Shown here piece by piece: positions 34,627-48,184 of a stretch of DNA of 64,000 nucleotides. The stretch comes from Diadema antillarum (lineage: Eukaryota): assembly GCF_040938485.1 (NCBI RefSeq), contig NW_027271001.1, forward strand, positions 2,728,001-2,792,000. The letters are read 5' to 3'. Each line of letters opens with the position of its first letter. Positions within the stretch are counted from its first letter, which is position 1. The notes under the pieces are model-generated. The model was not told the origin of the DNA. It saw nothing but the letters and a program-made list of their open reading frames with translations, and made no database searches. A program made the translations under genes and the position numbers.

Positions 34627-35929
34627 CATTTATAAATATTTTTTTAAAGCATAAGACAAAATCTCCATGCGTGAGAAACTATCATTGATGTGAGACCATA
34701 ATAATTGCTTCTGAGCATCGGAAGCATTTTTTTTTTTTCACTGCACGCGCATTAGACCTGGAGGATAGGAAATCATATAGGCGACATATCACCCCCAGAC
34801 GTGCTGTGTGTTTGCTATTGTAATCTAGGATATCGGTTTTGGCAAACCAACTATTTCAATATTGTTGACGATTAGATGGAGGGGGAATATCCTTTTTTAT
34901 TTGCCTAATCTAATGCTCTTCGTGGCTAAGAGAAGAGATAAAGGCAGAGGCATAACTCCCACATGATGCTTTCTGCCTTCTTATTTTGATGGCAGTGTTG
35001 TTTGTATAAATTCAGTTTGAGTATCACATAAAGCTTTCAGTGCTCCTGCTAAATAGTTCAGATGATCGACATTACTTTGCTCTTCAAAAGCACTAACTTG
35101 AATAACTGAAAATTGCTTTTGACTTTAGCCTCTGCTTGTGAAAGGCCTTTTTGTGGTACACAGTACTTTCCTTCGTTGTTTTTTTTCCGCAACCACCGAT
35201 TAGTAAAAAAGAAATGTAGCGATAAGGTAATTCACCATTCACTTTCTTTATATTTGGAGCTGATTTTATTTGACTTTTCTCTATCTATTTAAAGTTATTT
35301 ACCTATATTACCTATACAACATTTATATGTTAATGTCATGCTTGATTTCAAGCTTTATTTTTTACGCAGGTACAAATCATGACCATGCCCTTGTGTGCCT
35401 TTTGGTGAGTCATTGATCTTATAATACGTAACCATGTTATCCCGACTTTCTAAAAGATTTCTGTTCTTGTTCAAAATGAGCAGATTGAATGAACTCCCAT
35501 CAAAGCGGTAATAGACGCTTGAATATAGAGCAAGGGAACATTATTGATTTGAATATTAGTTTTTATAATGTTTTCACCAAACGAGGGCTTCCTACGTTAA
35601 TTTTTCTACCATTTTTTTCGTCTTATTTCATTCTATTCATTCGAGTTTGTTTAAACTTATTTTTTTTTTTCCACTAAAAAAACCACATTCATGTCATGCA
35701 AGCGAAGATATTGTCCTATGTATTAGGTGTCCAGCTACCAGCGCCCTCACGCAGTCTGATTTAGTTAGTGTTATTATTTCACGCGCGGCTGGGCAAGCCG
35801 GGTACCTCGCTAAAAGTCCCTTTAATTTTAACGTATCTGCTCGTATGTAGTGGTTTTTAGCCTTCTTTACCTCGAAGTAACTGTGTTGCGAGTGATCTCT
35901 TACAAACAAGAGTATTTCATGTACACATA

Positions 35930-36260
35930 AGGGACAGGCGACACTTTGGAAAGCCCGATCTCGTGTTCCCGACAACTTTTGGTAAGTTCTCGATATCATG
36001 TTCGATTACCGTCGCTGTTCTCGAGTGACAGCGAGTTTCCCACGGCCCCCTGGCCTGGCGGCGCAGAGGGCTGGCCTTGCTCGCTCGCTGACAGTTGCAT
36101 TTAGAGGAGTCGTTATAACACACGTTGCACGAGTGACGTGAGAGTAGCACGACGCTGCAACGACAACGTTCAAAGTTATTCCTTCTTTTACGCAGTTTTC
36201 CTCAGACTAGGTTGTTCTCCCGGTAGAGACCGTGTCTGTCTGTTCAGTCCCTAAGTTTGT
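35930..36260 (+). promoter_or_regulatory. CpG-rich, promoter-like segment
   Basis: Local GC and CpG enrichment (CCACGGCCCCCTGGCCTGGCGGCGCAG, GTGACGTG) against an AT-rich background. Confidence 0.35.
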
Positions 36261-38551
36261 CGACAGAGCTGTAATTTGTTGACTGGCATAGTCTAATCCA
36301 GTTTTACTTCTGATTAAGATTGGTGGGAGTGACGTTTTGGAGTGCTATTCAATTAGATCAAGGGACTTTTGATGCGTGAAACGCAATACAAATGTGTGGT
36401 GGGTGTTGTCAGTGGGGCGCAACATGGGGCCTCACTGTAGCTAGCTTGTTCATCATGAATATTTTACTGTTTATGAAATTGTATGACATTTAGAAGGAAA
36501 TACTAGTAAGAGATAGAAGTTCTAACCTGGGAGTGGTAGGCATTAAGATTGGTACAATTAGTATTATTGTTAAACAGGCACAACTGAATGATCAAGTGCT
36601 ATGAAGTAGGCCCCCACTACCAAGGCAATGGTAAGCACTGAAAGACAGATCACGTCTGGATTCTAAATGTATACTAGCACTACAAGTAGAACTCTCTAGG
36701 CAGTGTATCAGTACATGAGATAGCAGTGGGCTGTTGTAATGGGCTGTGTGCAAAGTGTGTCAAGGAATATGAATTCGACAAATAGGAATTCTAAATGAGC
36801 AGCATCAGATTTTTAGTATGAATTGATCTAAATGAATTGCGAATGTGATCATGATGTTGCAGTGCAGTATAACTTGCTCAAAGCAAGATCAAAGCCCTTT
36901 TGTGACCCCACAAAATTGTTAATTACGTTCAGTTCGATTAATGTATGCCACAGCCCCTAACTTTGTTTGCTACGAGTCACTTCTTGTTCATGAAGTCGTG
37001 CAGTACGATACACATGCAGGGGCTGTGCTAGGTCATATCAGAAAAGTCTGGCCTCACTTGCATAACTGGCACAGGCCATGCAACAGCAAAGATCACGGTG
37101 CCCTGTAATTGACCTTTCCAGAGCCTGGCTGTGAACTATCACATCGTAACAAGTCCAGTGCAGTGTATGGCATCTATAGGCATATAGCAGCATCCTGCTC
37201 AGCTCAGCGCTGCTCTATACTGCTGTTCAGTTTCTCTGCCTTTCTCTCTCTCTCTCTCCGTCTTTCTCTCACTCTCTACACTTCTCCTTCCTACTATCAT
37301 TCAGTCGGCATCTCCCAGTATCATATGCGTGTTTGCACTCATGTATTGGGAGTATGTATTGCATGTAGACAGCGTACACATGTCATATGACAGCAAACAT
37401 TGCATACATGTAGGTAAATACTGTAGAAGACTGTGTAGTAGCAGTTAGGGGAATGTGTCTTTATGCTCACTTTGCTGTTAGACATCAGAAGAGACCTCTT
37501 CTTCCTGAAATTCAAGGATTACAGTTGAAAAAAATGAAGATATTTCACTGTGTTATTATTGCAATAGGCCTATTTTGTTCACATCTTTGTGACATTTGGA
37601 GTGCTTTAAAATTGTTTTGATGTTCAGCAGTACTCAGTGCAGATAGTCACCTTTCTTCCCAAAAGGTAATGATATGTGGCTACTGGCAATAAACGTTGAC
37701 ATTTCTGCCAACATTTCCTTCACCAGCAACTCAGAAGAAAGTACAGAATTACTGGACAGGTATGTGAGAGGTACAGTAGTCAAGGTTACCGGGTTATTCA
37801 GTTTTTATCATCAGACATATCTCTTCCCATTGCATTTTGGAAATTGATTTATACAGTGTATTGAGCAACATGACTTTTAAAAAAAAGCATAAACCCATGA
37901 AATTTTAGTGCAGTGGTTAAGTATATGTATATAATTATGATTTGTTGAATGTTTGTAAACCTTCTGTAGCCCCTCATGCACAATTTGTTCATATCCATTA
38001 AAAAAATGAAATCATGTTAGTTGTGCCATGATTGCAAACTTTACACCACATATGTCAAATGATTGAAGTTTTATATTTCATAAAGAATGATAATGTCATC
38101 TTATTCCCTCTTATCCATACATTTAGTGGCATATCAAAGGGGATATGGCCTACCGCAAAGATTTTTTGTTTATTTATTATTTTTTTTGAATAGTAGTTTT
38201 GCAAACTTTTCACTTGGCTTGTCTATTCATGCCAAGGCTAGAAAAGGGATATCTTTCCTCCCTGAATTTACTATGCAGTCATTTAGATCACGTTGTAGAC
38301 AATGTGTATTTAGTTTGTAGCATGTGCAAAGCTCATTGGGTAGTGTGTGGTGCAAGTGTGCAAATGAACATAATTGTAAAAGTTCAGGATTCTGTTCTTA
38401 AACTTTGACCATTGCTGCTCACCTGTAAAATAAAGTCTATTATTGCTTCATCAGAATGGTGCAGTTTATGTACAACTGTACTATGTGTTTTAGATATACA
38501 GCTTGAATCGATGGTTTGACAAGTAAAAAATATTGTATTACAATTGATATC

Positions 38552-38623
38552 ATGTCTAATGGCTCTGAAGACCTTGACCATGAGTGCCCCAGGGCTTGGC
38601 CTCCTGTTGAGCTATTCACAGAG
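38552..38623 (+). CDS. Possible alternative first coding exon (MSNGSEDLDHECPRAWPPVELFTE)
   Basis: ATG, 24 open codons and a GAG|GTGAGG phase-0 donor, the same phase as the 46286 exon. Confidence 0.3.
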
Positions 38624-39401
38624 GTGAGGTCTTGTGTTTGTTTTGTTTTGTTTTTAGACTGTATGTGGGTGGATGAGGGGTTGAAGAATAATTTGGAATT
38701 CTGGGGTTGGGGGATAGAATGTGGTACTGATGAGAGAGATTTCTATGAGTGTAGTTTATGCTGGTTTACAGTATGTACCAGTTATTAGTAACTACATAGA
38801 GAGTGTGTGCATAAAGTTTCTCTCATAGTGCAATATACCAATACATATGATATCTAGAGTATGATGTCAGGCTGTGTGAGAAAGGACATTATTAACCAGT
38901 TGCAGACTACAATGTAGTCTTGAGTATACTGGAGCAGGTGTCTATGGGAAATGTGTGTGATTATAGCAAATCAGCCCATCCTCAATGGGTTAAGCCTGGC
39001 TAAGGAGGCTAAGGTAGGCTAAGGAGGCTAAGGTAGGCAATAGATGCAAATGTCCCTTGGGCATACTGTATTTGTCTTGTATACATTCATTCAGCCAACA
39101 GTACTCGTTACTCTGTTTATCCACATCCCAAGGGTTTACTGTTGCACCAGTAAATGGCATTCTTTTGTGATGTACAATGTACTCCCAGGTGTACATGTAT
39201 ACCTAGTATGATGCCGAGATTTGGCCAGTTTTGTTCCAATTCTGGTTCTACTGTGGGGCTTTCACATAGGAAATTTCAGTTTGCAATGGACTTTGCACAG
39301 TAGAATAGTCAACTGCTGAAGGATGTGATAGTTAACCAGTTACAGTACTAGGGGTAGATGTGAATTAATGTTACACCACTGAGACGTTGCATCAATTGTG
39401 T

Positions 39402-39615
39402 TACTGTATAAGTGGCTTCTTTCGCGTACAGAAACTTTCGCGGTTTCCATCGGTGCGGACTTTTTCGCGTGTGTTTAAATTCGCGGTCGGTAATGATAGC
39501 ATTGTACAAGCGACGAGTTCAAAACATTTTCGCGTGATGTTAAATTCGCGGTTCAACCTCAAAGCGCGAAAAGCGCGAAAATAAAACCACCGCGAAAGAA
39601 ACCACTTTTACAGTA
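39402..39615. mobile_element. TACTGTA...TACAGTA MITE
   Basis: Termini TACTGTATAAGTGG / CCACTTTTACAGTA; many TTCGCG motifs. Confidence 0.82.
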
Positions 39616-40485
39616 TGCAGACATTAAACACTGTAGGGTTACTATAGTATTGTAATATTTAATATTTCAAACATGACTGAATTTTGTAACATCTTAAAAG
39701 TAAATTCAAAGTATGGCAGCTATCATTTTCTGACACTACCTTTAGACCAATTCTCTGCTGTGATAGTTTCAGGAATATGAAATGTCTCAAATCCTGAGTG
39801 GCGAACAAGTGATTTTTGTGTTTTCAGTATGAAAGCTTGACTTCATTCATCAGTCTTTGTAAGGCTGGAAACCCTTGGCAGGTCTCAGACAAGAGCTTGG
39901 GTTGTCATGGATACAGCTCTGGGAAGGAAGTCTGCTTGGATTTTGTGTGTATTGATAAACTTCTGTAATGTACACACACACACCTACATGTGTGTGTGTG
40001 TGTGTGTACTTAAGATTCTGTAGGTGACAGGGAGCTTCATAGCATAAATTACATCAAATTTTGGAGCAATTAGATGTTATTTTCATATGATACTACTGGT
40101 ACTACTTGATTAAGGCATAAAACCCCCAAATATCACAACCTATGTCAACAAGTGTTGGATTAGAAAAAAAGAAAAACAGCCAGCAACAGTAAAGTTGTTC
40201 AAGCATCAAACAAAATATTCCTGTCATCATAGGAATGTGAAACCCCTTAATGCTGTACAACTGTGTAGACACAGAACCCAGAGAAGGGCGCATACTTGTA
40301 TACTGTTCAATGCCTTCTTTGATTTGGTTGTTAAAAATTTACTAAAGTTCTAAAAGACTCTGCCAACTGTGGTAAAACTGGGCGTGGCAAACCTCACAGC
40401 TATGATGAACATGCTTTTCTTTTTAGAGGACTTTGATATTTTGCACAGATTTTCTACATTTGACAAAACACAAGGTGATTTTTAA

Positions 40486-40868
40486 AGGGATGGTACAGTA
40501 TTGGTGGAGATGAGAATTGGGCTTTTAACTTTCTGCGAGATGCCAAGAAAACACTTATGAAATAGTACAGAGCATAACATTTTAAGAGGAATCCAAAGTT
40601 TATTAAATGAAAATTGGGTTTGGAATAACCGAAACATCCAAAAACAAAGTAAAACAAAGTGATCGTAATAAAGTGTGGGTCCCACAATTTATAAGAATCG
40701 CTCTGTTTTGGATATCTCAGCCATTTCAAAACCAATTTTCATCAAGTAAACGTTGAATTACTCGTAGAATTACATGCTCTTTCATATTTTGATATAATGT
40801 TTCTCATTATCTCAACTGAAAATGTTGGAAACCTGAAATCAGGTCTCAACCAAAACTATACGATCCCT
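40486..40868. mobile_element. TTAA-flanked Kolobok-like MITE (383 bp)
   Basis: TTAA|AGGGATGGTACAG...CTATACGATCCCT|TTAA; same family as 15385. Confidence 0.82.
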
Positions 40869-40897
40869 TTAACCGAAAAAGGTTTTATTCATTATAT

Positions 40898-40899
<2 letters not shown>

Positions 40900-40972
<73 letters not shown>
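40900..40972. repeat. (CA)n microsatellite
   Basis: Read directly. Confidence 0.95.
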
Positions 40973-40976
<4 letters not shown>

Positions 40977-43900
40977 TATTGTACATTACAATTCTCTTTT
41001 CCTCTTTCTATTAAGGTACATAAACATAAAGATAGATAAAAGAGAGCTAGAGAGAGAGTGAGACAGACAGAGACAGACAGAATCTGTCTGTGTGAATAAG
41101 GAAATCCTTTGGGGGGCTCAGAAGACCTGGAGGAATTTCCCAAAGTGTGAATCAATACTGCCACAAAAGCAAATCCGGACCAGGCCTTTGTGGGGTAATC
41201 CTCTGAAGTATTGACCTATTTGCCCGGTATCCATTCATGCAGTGGAAGTGGTTGGCCAGTGATTGAGGGCAGGGTCTCCTCTTGTCCCAGGCACTGTTAC
41301 CTGGGAGGGGTGGGGCGGGGACGTCTCACTGACCCTTTGTAGGTGTGGGGGACCGTCACTTTTCAAGAAGTAGGTCTGCTTCGCCAGTCAACATTTTGAC
41401 AAACTTTGACGCCATTGAATATTCGAAAAGGAAATATTTCTGCTGAAAAAAAAGGACAATCATATTGCACTGTGCTATTAACTCCTTGCACAATGCTTGG
41501 CAAGCAGACTAATCAATATTCTTACCTGTGAGTATTGGTTTCTTTTCACACTTTGCAAACTTGTCTTGTTTTATCAAATGGAATCCGTTGGTGACAGTAC
41601 TACTATTGGTACTCAAAATAGACGTTCACAAGTACAGTACCTCTTAAAGTATAGGATGGGGGCAGGGAAATAACAAATTCACTTTTCCTAGCGAAAGTAA
41701 AATGCATGCAATAGTACTTTTCTACACAGTGCATGGAATGCCAATGGCAGTTTACAAAAGTTTCATGCCACAAAAAAGGCCATCGGCTCCCATTAGCAAA
41801 AGATTCATGCCGTGAATATTTTGGCTTTACAGTACATATATGTACAAGTAGGTACTACAATGGTTTGTTAGACCTTCACTAGTAAACAAACTTACATTTT
41901 AACAACTTTTAAAGAATCAGATCTCTGTTTTCACATCACATTACCTGTGTTTTGGGCGCTTAAAAATAAACAGACTAAATAACTAAAGTCTTGCATTGCT
42001 AGATTTAGGGAAATGAAGAAGGATTTTTGACTTTCGGATATGGATCTGAAAATATCTAGTGTTAAATATTCCTCCATTTCACCACTACTGCAACTTCACC
42101 TTTGAAAGGAGATACAGACACATGATACCCATCACCATGCACTGGTTTAGAGGCTAGTGACAAAAGTTTGAAACTTCTGTACCGAACCCTCACAAGTTTG
42201 TGGACATTCCAGTGTATGGGCAGCACCTCCCACAAGTGACCAAAGGCCTTCCTTGTGCAAAACTTGTGAGGTAATGATGAGAAGCAGAGAAGGCAGAGAG
42301 ATATATATGCAATGTGGTTTTGCAGAACTTTGCTATCATTGGCAGCTATATGAGAAACCATCAATATTGAACAGACTCACAGTAAATAAGCCTCTCTGAG
42401 TGTAATAGTACATGACCCCAGAGTGATGCATGACATATGACCACACATATGTACACCATTGTTTCTGGTGAGAGCCTAAAGGGCATTAACACCATTTACA
42501 TCCAGTTGAGTGAGTGTTCTTCAGCTTTTCAATTGAGCATGTCAAACGTTGTGTTATCCATTCAAACGAATTCACTATATTGCACATTGGGTGGGGGTGG
42601 GGGGGGGGGGGGAGGGTGGGTAGGCTTGTGAATGTAACACACACCGATCAGCCGCTTGTTTCAATCTATTCTGAAGTCATTATACTTGTTCTGACTGATC
42701 AATTCTGAAAGGCAATTTATTGCTACAGTCTGTACGAGCTCACTATCTCATGATGTTCTAAGCCAAAGACAAGAGGAAATGATGAGACATTGAGACTGTT
42801 CCAGTAAGACAGAAGAGATGTAAACAAAGTAGATAAGATGCATACACAGGTTCACTGCTCTTGCTTGGAAAAAACACAACCACTTTCCCCATGTTTGAGG
42901 AGATCTGAAGAAGATTTAAGACTTTAGAGAAATTGTCAGTGTTTGTTTTCATATGTATTGGATACAGGGTGAGGTAGTATACTTATTTTCACTGCAAGTG
43001 AAATTCCATTGTGTCGAAATAACTGCATATTAAGTAGGTGTTCTTACTCATGGTATGTATATCACCCACAGGCCATTTTCATATCAACATGTGAATCAGA
43101 ACTTCAGACTTTGCCCGTCAAACACAATAGAGAAAATATGTGTCTCATTATCGCTCATTGTGTCCCGGGAATGAAAAGTAGCTTCTGTAGACTTAATAGG
43201 GACCCTTTGTCAGGTGGTATCTTTGATGAGCCACCAGTAATTGCTCGTCAAACAACCGTTTATCGTTCACAGGTTTCAAAAGTTCATATAGCCCCCTTTC
43301 CTCTCCTCTGGAGGGGAGTGTGTGAATAATGTGACCAATTTTTTTTGATTTGCTTTGAATCAAAGAAACAAAGATAAAATACATCCTATGATTGTTTTTG
43401 TTTTTGTTTTTGGTTGTGTGTGTATGTGTGTGTGTGTGTGGGGGGGGGGCTGGTTTGTCTTTTTCTTGTATGTGTGTGTCTGTGGGTGTGTGTATTTGTG
43501 TGCTCAAGGTAAATATAGCAGAATATTCAAAAGAAGTGTAGATCCAAATAAAGCGCAGTTGGCATGAGAGTTCTGTGTCTTCCTTGGAAGAGCTTTTAGA
43601 AGTGAGATATTGGACTTTTACTGCATTATAGTGTGGTATGAAAACACAAAGTGTAGGTTGAAAGTCATTCCCTGTCCTGTGTTTTTTGAACCAGAAGAGT
43701 GTGCATTTTGCTTTAAATAGGAAATTGGGAAGTAGTTATGCTTTTCAGCACAATTTTACTTGATGCTGATGAGTATTCGACAAGCAATGATTACCTGTGG
43801 TACTAATGTGTCTGTCAGTGCCGTCACATGTTAAACATGTTCTGCGATATTGTATGCTGCACAGCTGCGAGCTCCCCACTCCCTTGTTCTTACGCCGTCT

Positions 43901-45233
43901 TTTAAAACCCGTTGAGGATGGGCTGAAACATGCATTTCCCATAGACACCTGCCCAAGTGTGCTCGGGACTCGTCTTCAGCGGGTTAATCCGCATGCAGAA
44001 AAGCGTGCTCAGTCTAACAGCACAGCGAGGCAATGAAAGAGAAGTGAAACATCAATAAGTGCTTTATACATTTCCCTCGATCTGTCGGTCTGAAAGGGGG
44101 TGTTATGAAGTGCTGGAGCTGGCAGACAGGCCAAGTTCACTTGACTCCACACTCGAGAGGCAGATGGCTGGAGGAAGAAATATGCATTCAGAGTCCTGCA
44201 GTAGTGCTGCACAGTTGCCTACTTTTGGTTTGATTCTGTACCCGAGATAGAACTGGCAGAAATGTGCAGGTACCACATCTGGTATGGTGAAGTAAAGCTG
44301 GTGATTAATGGGGATTATGTCAGTCCGTTACCATGCTTTCACCATGCCAGCACTTTAATACTCATGGTGCTTGCCAATCTGGCAATCAATCATATGGATG
44401 GATGTGAAAAACTTTGCTTCAAACCACATGACTTGCTGCAATCCTCCCACTCATACTTGTACAAGTCATGCTTGCATAGGCTCTCCAGTTGTAATTGCAA
44501 AAAAATAAATAAACACCTACAGCATAGGATCTGACATTGATAAACTGAAAGAAGGGCCTACATGTCATTTGCTGCTGTTCATTAAATGAAGAAAGTGCTT
44601 AGAGGATTTATGAGCGAAAATTCTCAGGACATTTTATAATACTTTTCTTCGTAATGGGTGTGACTTGGATTAATAGCTCTGGTTTGACTGAGAGTTGCTT
44701 CCTGCTACATCTTAGGAAGAATATATGATTCTATTAGGAATGATATATAGGAAAGTGCACCATATCCTGGGACATTTTGGAAGCACATTCATGCATGTTT
44801 TAATGTTTACATTTAGAAATTTGAAGCCAGAGGGAAATAGATGTATGACATGACAATTAAATGGAGAAAAAAGAGCCTACCTAACAACAATGACAAATCA
44901 GTTATACCTCCTGCTGAAATGGAATGTTTTTGATTTATTACTGAAATGAATTTCATGTCAATGTGAGCTAATATACAGATATCCCTATGATTTTAGAAAA
45001 TATGTGGTAGCTAAGCAAATTTTTCAAAATGTATGTTCTGAAATGCGGTTGTTTCCCTTCCAACTGCACGTCCCAACCCAGCCTCAATATTTCATGGCAG
45101 ACCTCAACTATTAGAAAAACCTGATGCAGTCACACTTTTCTACGAGGGTACATTTTAACAGCAAACTCATGTTATGGCACCTGATACGGGTTTGCATGTG
45201 CTTGCAGGTTTTGAAGCAGCCATCAGAATACAA

Positions 45234-45235
<2 letters not shown>

Positions 45236-45266
<31 letters not shown>
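45236..45266. repeat. Poly(C) run, 31 nt
   Basis: Read directly. Confidence 0.9.
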
Positions 45267-45267
<1 letters not shown>

Positions 45268-45599
45268 AAAAGACGGTAGAGCTGCATTCATTTTTTTTTT
45301 CTGTGTTTGCCTTATCCAGAAAATGATACAGTATAAAGCGAGTGAGACCGGTGATCGTTAGCTAGTCATATAAAAGCCCCAATTTATTTTTCACGTGTCT
45401 TCCCTATAGCAAGAAGTAGAAAAAAAAAAGAATCAATGTAGGTGCTTGAGTGTGAGTGAAGCTACACGTATTCTCCTGCCTCATGCCCAATATGGCAGAC
45501 TGAGACAATAACCAAGCAAAAGTAAACAAACAGGCCTGACCAGAAAAAAAAAAAGGAAAATGCAAATGGAAATTCTCCCTGTTAAGAGGTCTTTGCTGC

Positions 45600-45860
45600 C
45601 CTCACAGGGCAGCTGGAGGGGGTGGCTAGATTTTGTGAGAAGGTGAAGTAAAGGAGGGCTGGCCCAGCAAAGAAACGAGAATGACTTGATGTTCCCAGTC
45701 TGCGGCATGACTCGCGCATTTTGATTGGCTCGTTTAGAGCAGGAGTCCCAGAGTGCAAGTGACAAGTGAGTAATGATCGGTAATTTTTCGGAGTCTCTGC
45801 CTCGCGACTTGCGTGCCTGGCACATGTTGCTCTGTAATGCTGCTAATTTTCCGGAACTGC
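45600..45860 (+). promoter_or_regulatory. Promoter-like segment with an inverted CCAAT box (ATTGG 45724-45728) upstream of the 46286 exon
   Basis: GC/CpG-enriched and located about 500 bp upstream of the ATG exon. Confidence 0.35.
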
Positions 45861-46285
45861 TGCAAGAAATGTGCAAGGAGACATGGCAGTATCATCGCTC
45901 ATGCTTACATATGTCTAAACTTCAACAACTTTTTTTTCCTCTTGTAGTTGTTGAAAACATTAGCACGTGTTCATATTTGTATGTATTTTCTTCGCTCCTG
46001 CAGATCACCCCACACCAACGGATTTATTGGATTATACTAATCTGGATCATTTTGCTGGGTGGTGCTTGGATATATTGAGGTCAGTGTGGATTGCAGAACA
46101 TGTGTAATGCATGCAAGAGATTCGCCTTGATTGGAGAGGGGCAACCGTGAAGACAACACATACACCATACACTGTCAGTATTATTCGGATCTTGCGGATC
46201 AACGTCGGTACAAGACCTATCAAATCCAGACACGGACACTCTTGAAACATTTTGCAGAGGAGGTTCGATTCCGCAATAGAGAGCC

Positions 46286-46570
46286 ATGAGTAACCAGCCA
46301 CCTCAGCAACCCCACCCTCACCAACACCCACACTCACCCCATGCCCCACCCCCTACCAGCTCCCCTGCACCTGATGGTGTGGGGAAACCCCCTCCAGGTG
46401 TAGGGGGAGGTGGTAGTGGTGGCGGTGGTGGCAGCGGTGGGGGTGGGATGGGGGAGCCCCTGTCGCCACCGGACATGGCAAGACATAATGGTGGTGCATT
46501 GTCCCCAGACAGGGGCCCACTGCCGACAGGGGAACATGGGTACGACCCAGACCGAGCCAGGAAATTGGAG
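46286..46570 (+). CDS. First coding exon of an unidentified gene (Pro/His/Gly-rich N-terminus MSNQPPQQPHPHQHPH...YDPDRARKLE)
   Basis: GCCATG start with an in-frame TAG 9 nt upstream, GC-rich coding-like composition in an AT-rich background, and a strong GAG|GTAAGA phase-0 donor. No domain was recognised. Confidence 0.65.
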
Positions 46571-47858
46571 GTAAGACTGTTTAACCCATTGAACACTAGC
46601 TTTATGCGGTGGTGTAATAAACCTTTGGCTGTAGTACCTCCCATGGAAAGTGGTTGCCATATTTGCTGTCATAGCTTGTCAGAAATTATACACTGCGTGG
46701 TCCAAAACTATTTCTTAGGTATTCATAAATGGTGATATGATGAGGTATATAAATTGTGATGTGCAAATATAAGTTAAGAATTATGAGTTGTGAAAATTTA
46801 TGTCAAGTTTCAGTTCTCTTATTTTTATTTTTGTTTTTTTGGTGGGGTTGAATTTGTCATGTTCAATCTTAAAATGGACAAGAAGTGATAGCTGAATATT
46901 AACATTCACACTGGTGACATTAACCTTTCTGTTTGTATTTGAACTCATATAATGTTACTGTTTTACAATCAAATTTATGCAATAGTTTGGTTTTGATGTA
47001 AAGACAGATTCCTTTCATTATCCCAAAATGTTATTTGAGCTATGAAAGGGACACTTCGTACAAATGGGCCAGCATTTCTTGGTGCGGGTAAGTTCTTGTA
47101 TAATTTGTGATATAACCATTGCAGTGTTTCTCACAGTAAGCACCTGTATGGATTAGCTTGCTCACTAAAGAGCCAATGCCATGTGACGGATCAGCTCGTA
47201 ACCGCTCCGTGACATGTGGTGCAAAAAAAAAAAATGTTTTAGTGCCCCGCATGCTTTGGGAATTCATGTGCCGCAGATTGACGACGTTTGCAGCGTGTGG
47301 CTGCAGTCGTCTCCCTGTGTCATGATCGTGTGGGAGAGTGTGTCTGGTGAGGCAGGCGTGCCCAGGTCTAGCACACTTAGCACCGTCTGTGCCCAATGAC
47401 TGGTGGTCTGGCGTGCAGCGCAGGACTGTCACGTTGTAATCCAATCAACGGGTGAATTTGATTAATGACCTTCTGATGGCCATGTCCACATTAGGACAGT
47501 CTCAACAAGAGGCGCAGATAATTGTTTATTTGGTATGGGATACATGCAGGCATCTACTGTATACCATACTTACGTGCGGCCTTAGGGAGTACGACTTTCG
47601 TTAACTTTTTCAATACCGGTACTTCTCACACTTTCCTTGAAGAGTTGTTGACGTTGTAGGTGAATGCAAACTTTGATATAGAACTTTGCTGACACAAGTT
47701 GTGTGCAATAAAACTCGAGTACATGGTATGAAGATTATAGTGTACTTAAAAAACAAAACAAAACACACACACACTCAACCCAACACTCTAAATAATTGGA
47801 AAACAAGTCTATTTTCATTTTCTTTGTTGCACTGTGTCCCTGTGAATTTTGTATATGT

Positions 47859-47860
<2 letters not shown>

Positions 47861-47905
<45 letters not shown>
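47861..47905. repeat. (CA)n microsatellite
   Basis: Read directly. Confidence 0.95.
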
Positions 47906-47906
<1 letters not shown>

Positions 47907-48184
47907 TGTATGTCTAATAGTTTGTTTATACACAAGAAAGAAGTAAAAAGAAAGAGAGCAAAACGTGAAGCTGACTTGGTAGGACTTGAAGACTTTACAA
48001 GTAGAGCTAAAAAATGGCCCGGACCCATTTGGAAATGAAAGTAAAAGAAATTTATGTAATGAATTAAAATTCTTTTTTTTTTTAAATTTTAAAGTAGATG
48101 ATGATGAGATGATGTGTCAGATTTTGAATAATGATGCATTAAATGGTATGTATCTGCAATATATAATTATATGCTTTTGGAACT

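Noticed and set aside
42062-42364. 100-aa minus-strand ORF as a LINE or gene fragment
   Set aside because: No reverse transcriptase, endonuclease or other motif could be matched, and there is no convincing splice context.
46318-46672. Antisense Pro-rich ORFs over the 46286 exon
   Set aside because: These are the reverse-complement shadow of the GGT/GGC-rich coding exon.
40797-48038. ORFs containing HTHTHT or CVCVCV runs (40797, 40892, 47686, 47735, 47796; also 61193 and 61263)
   Set aside because: These are translations of (CA)n/(TG)n microsatellites.
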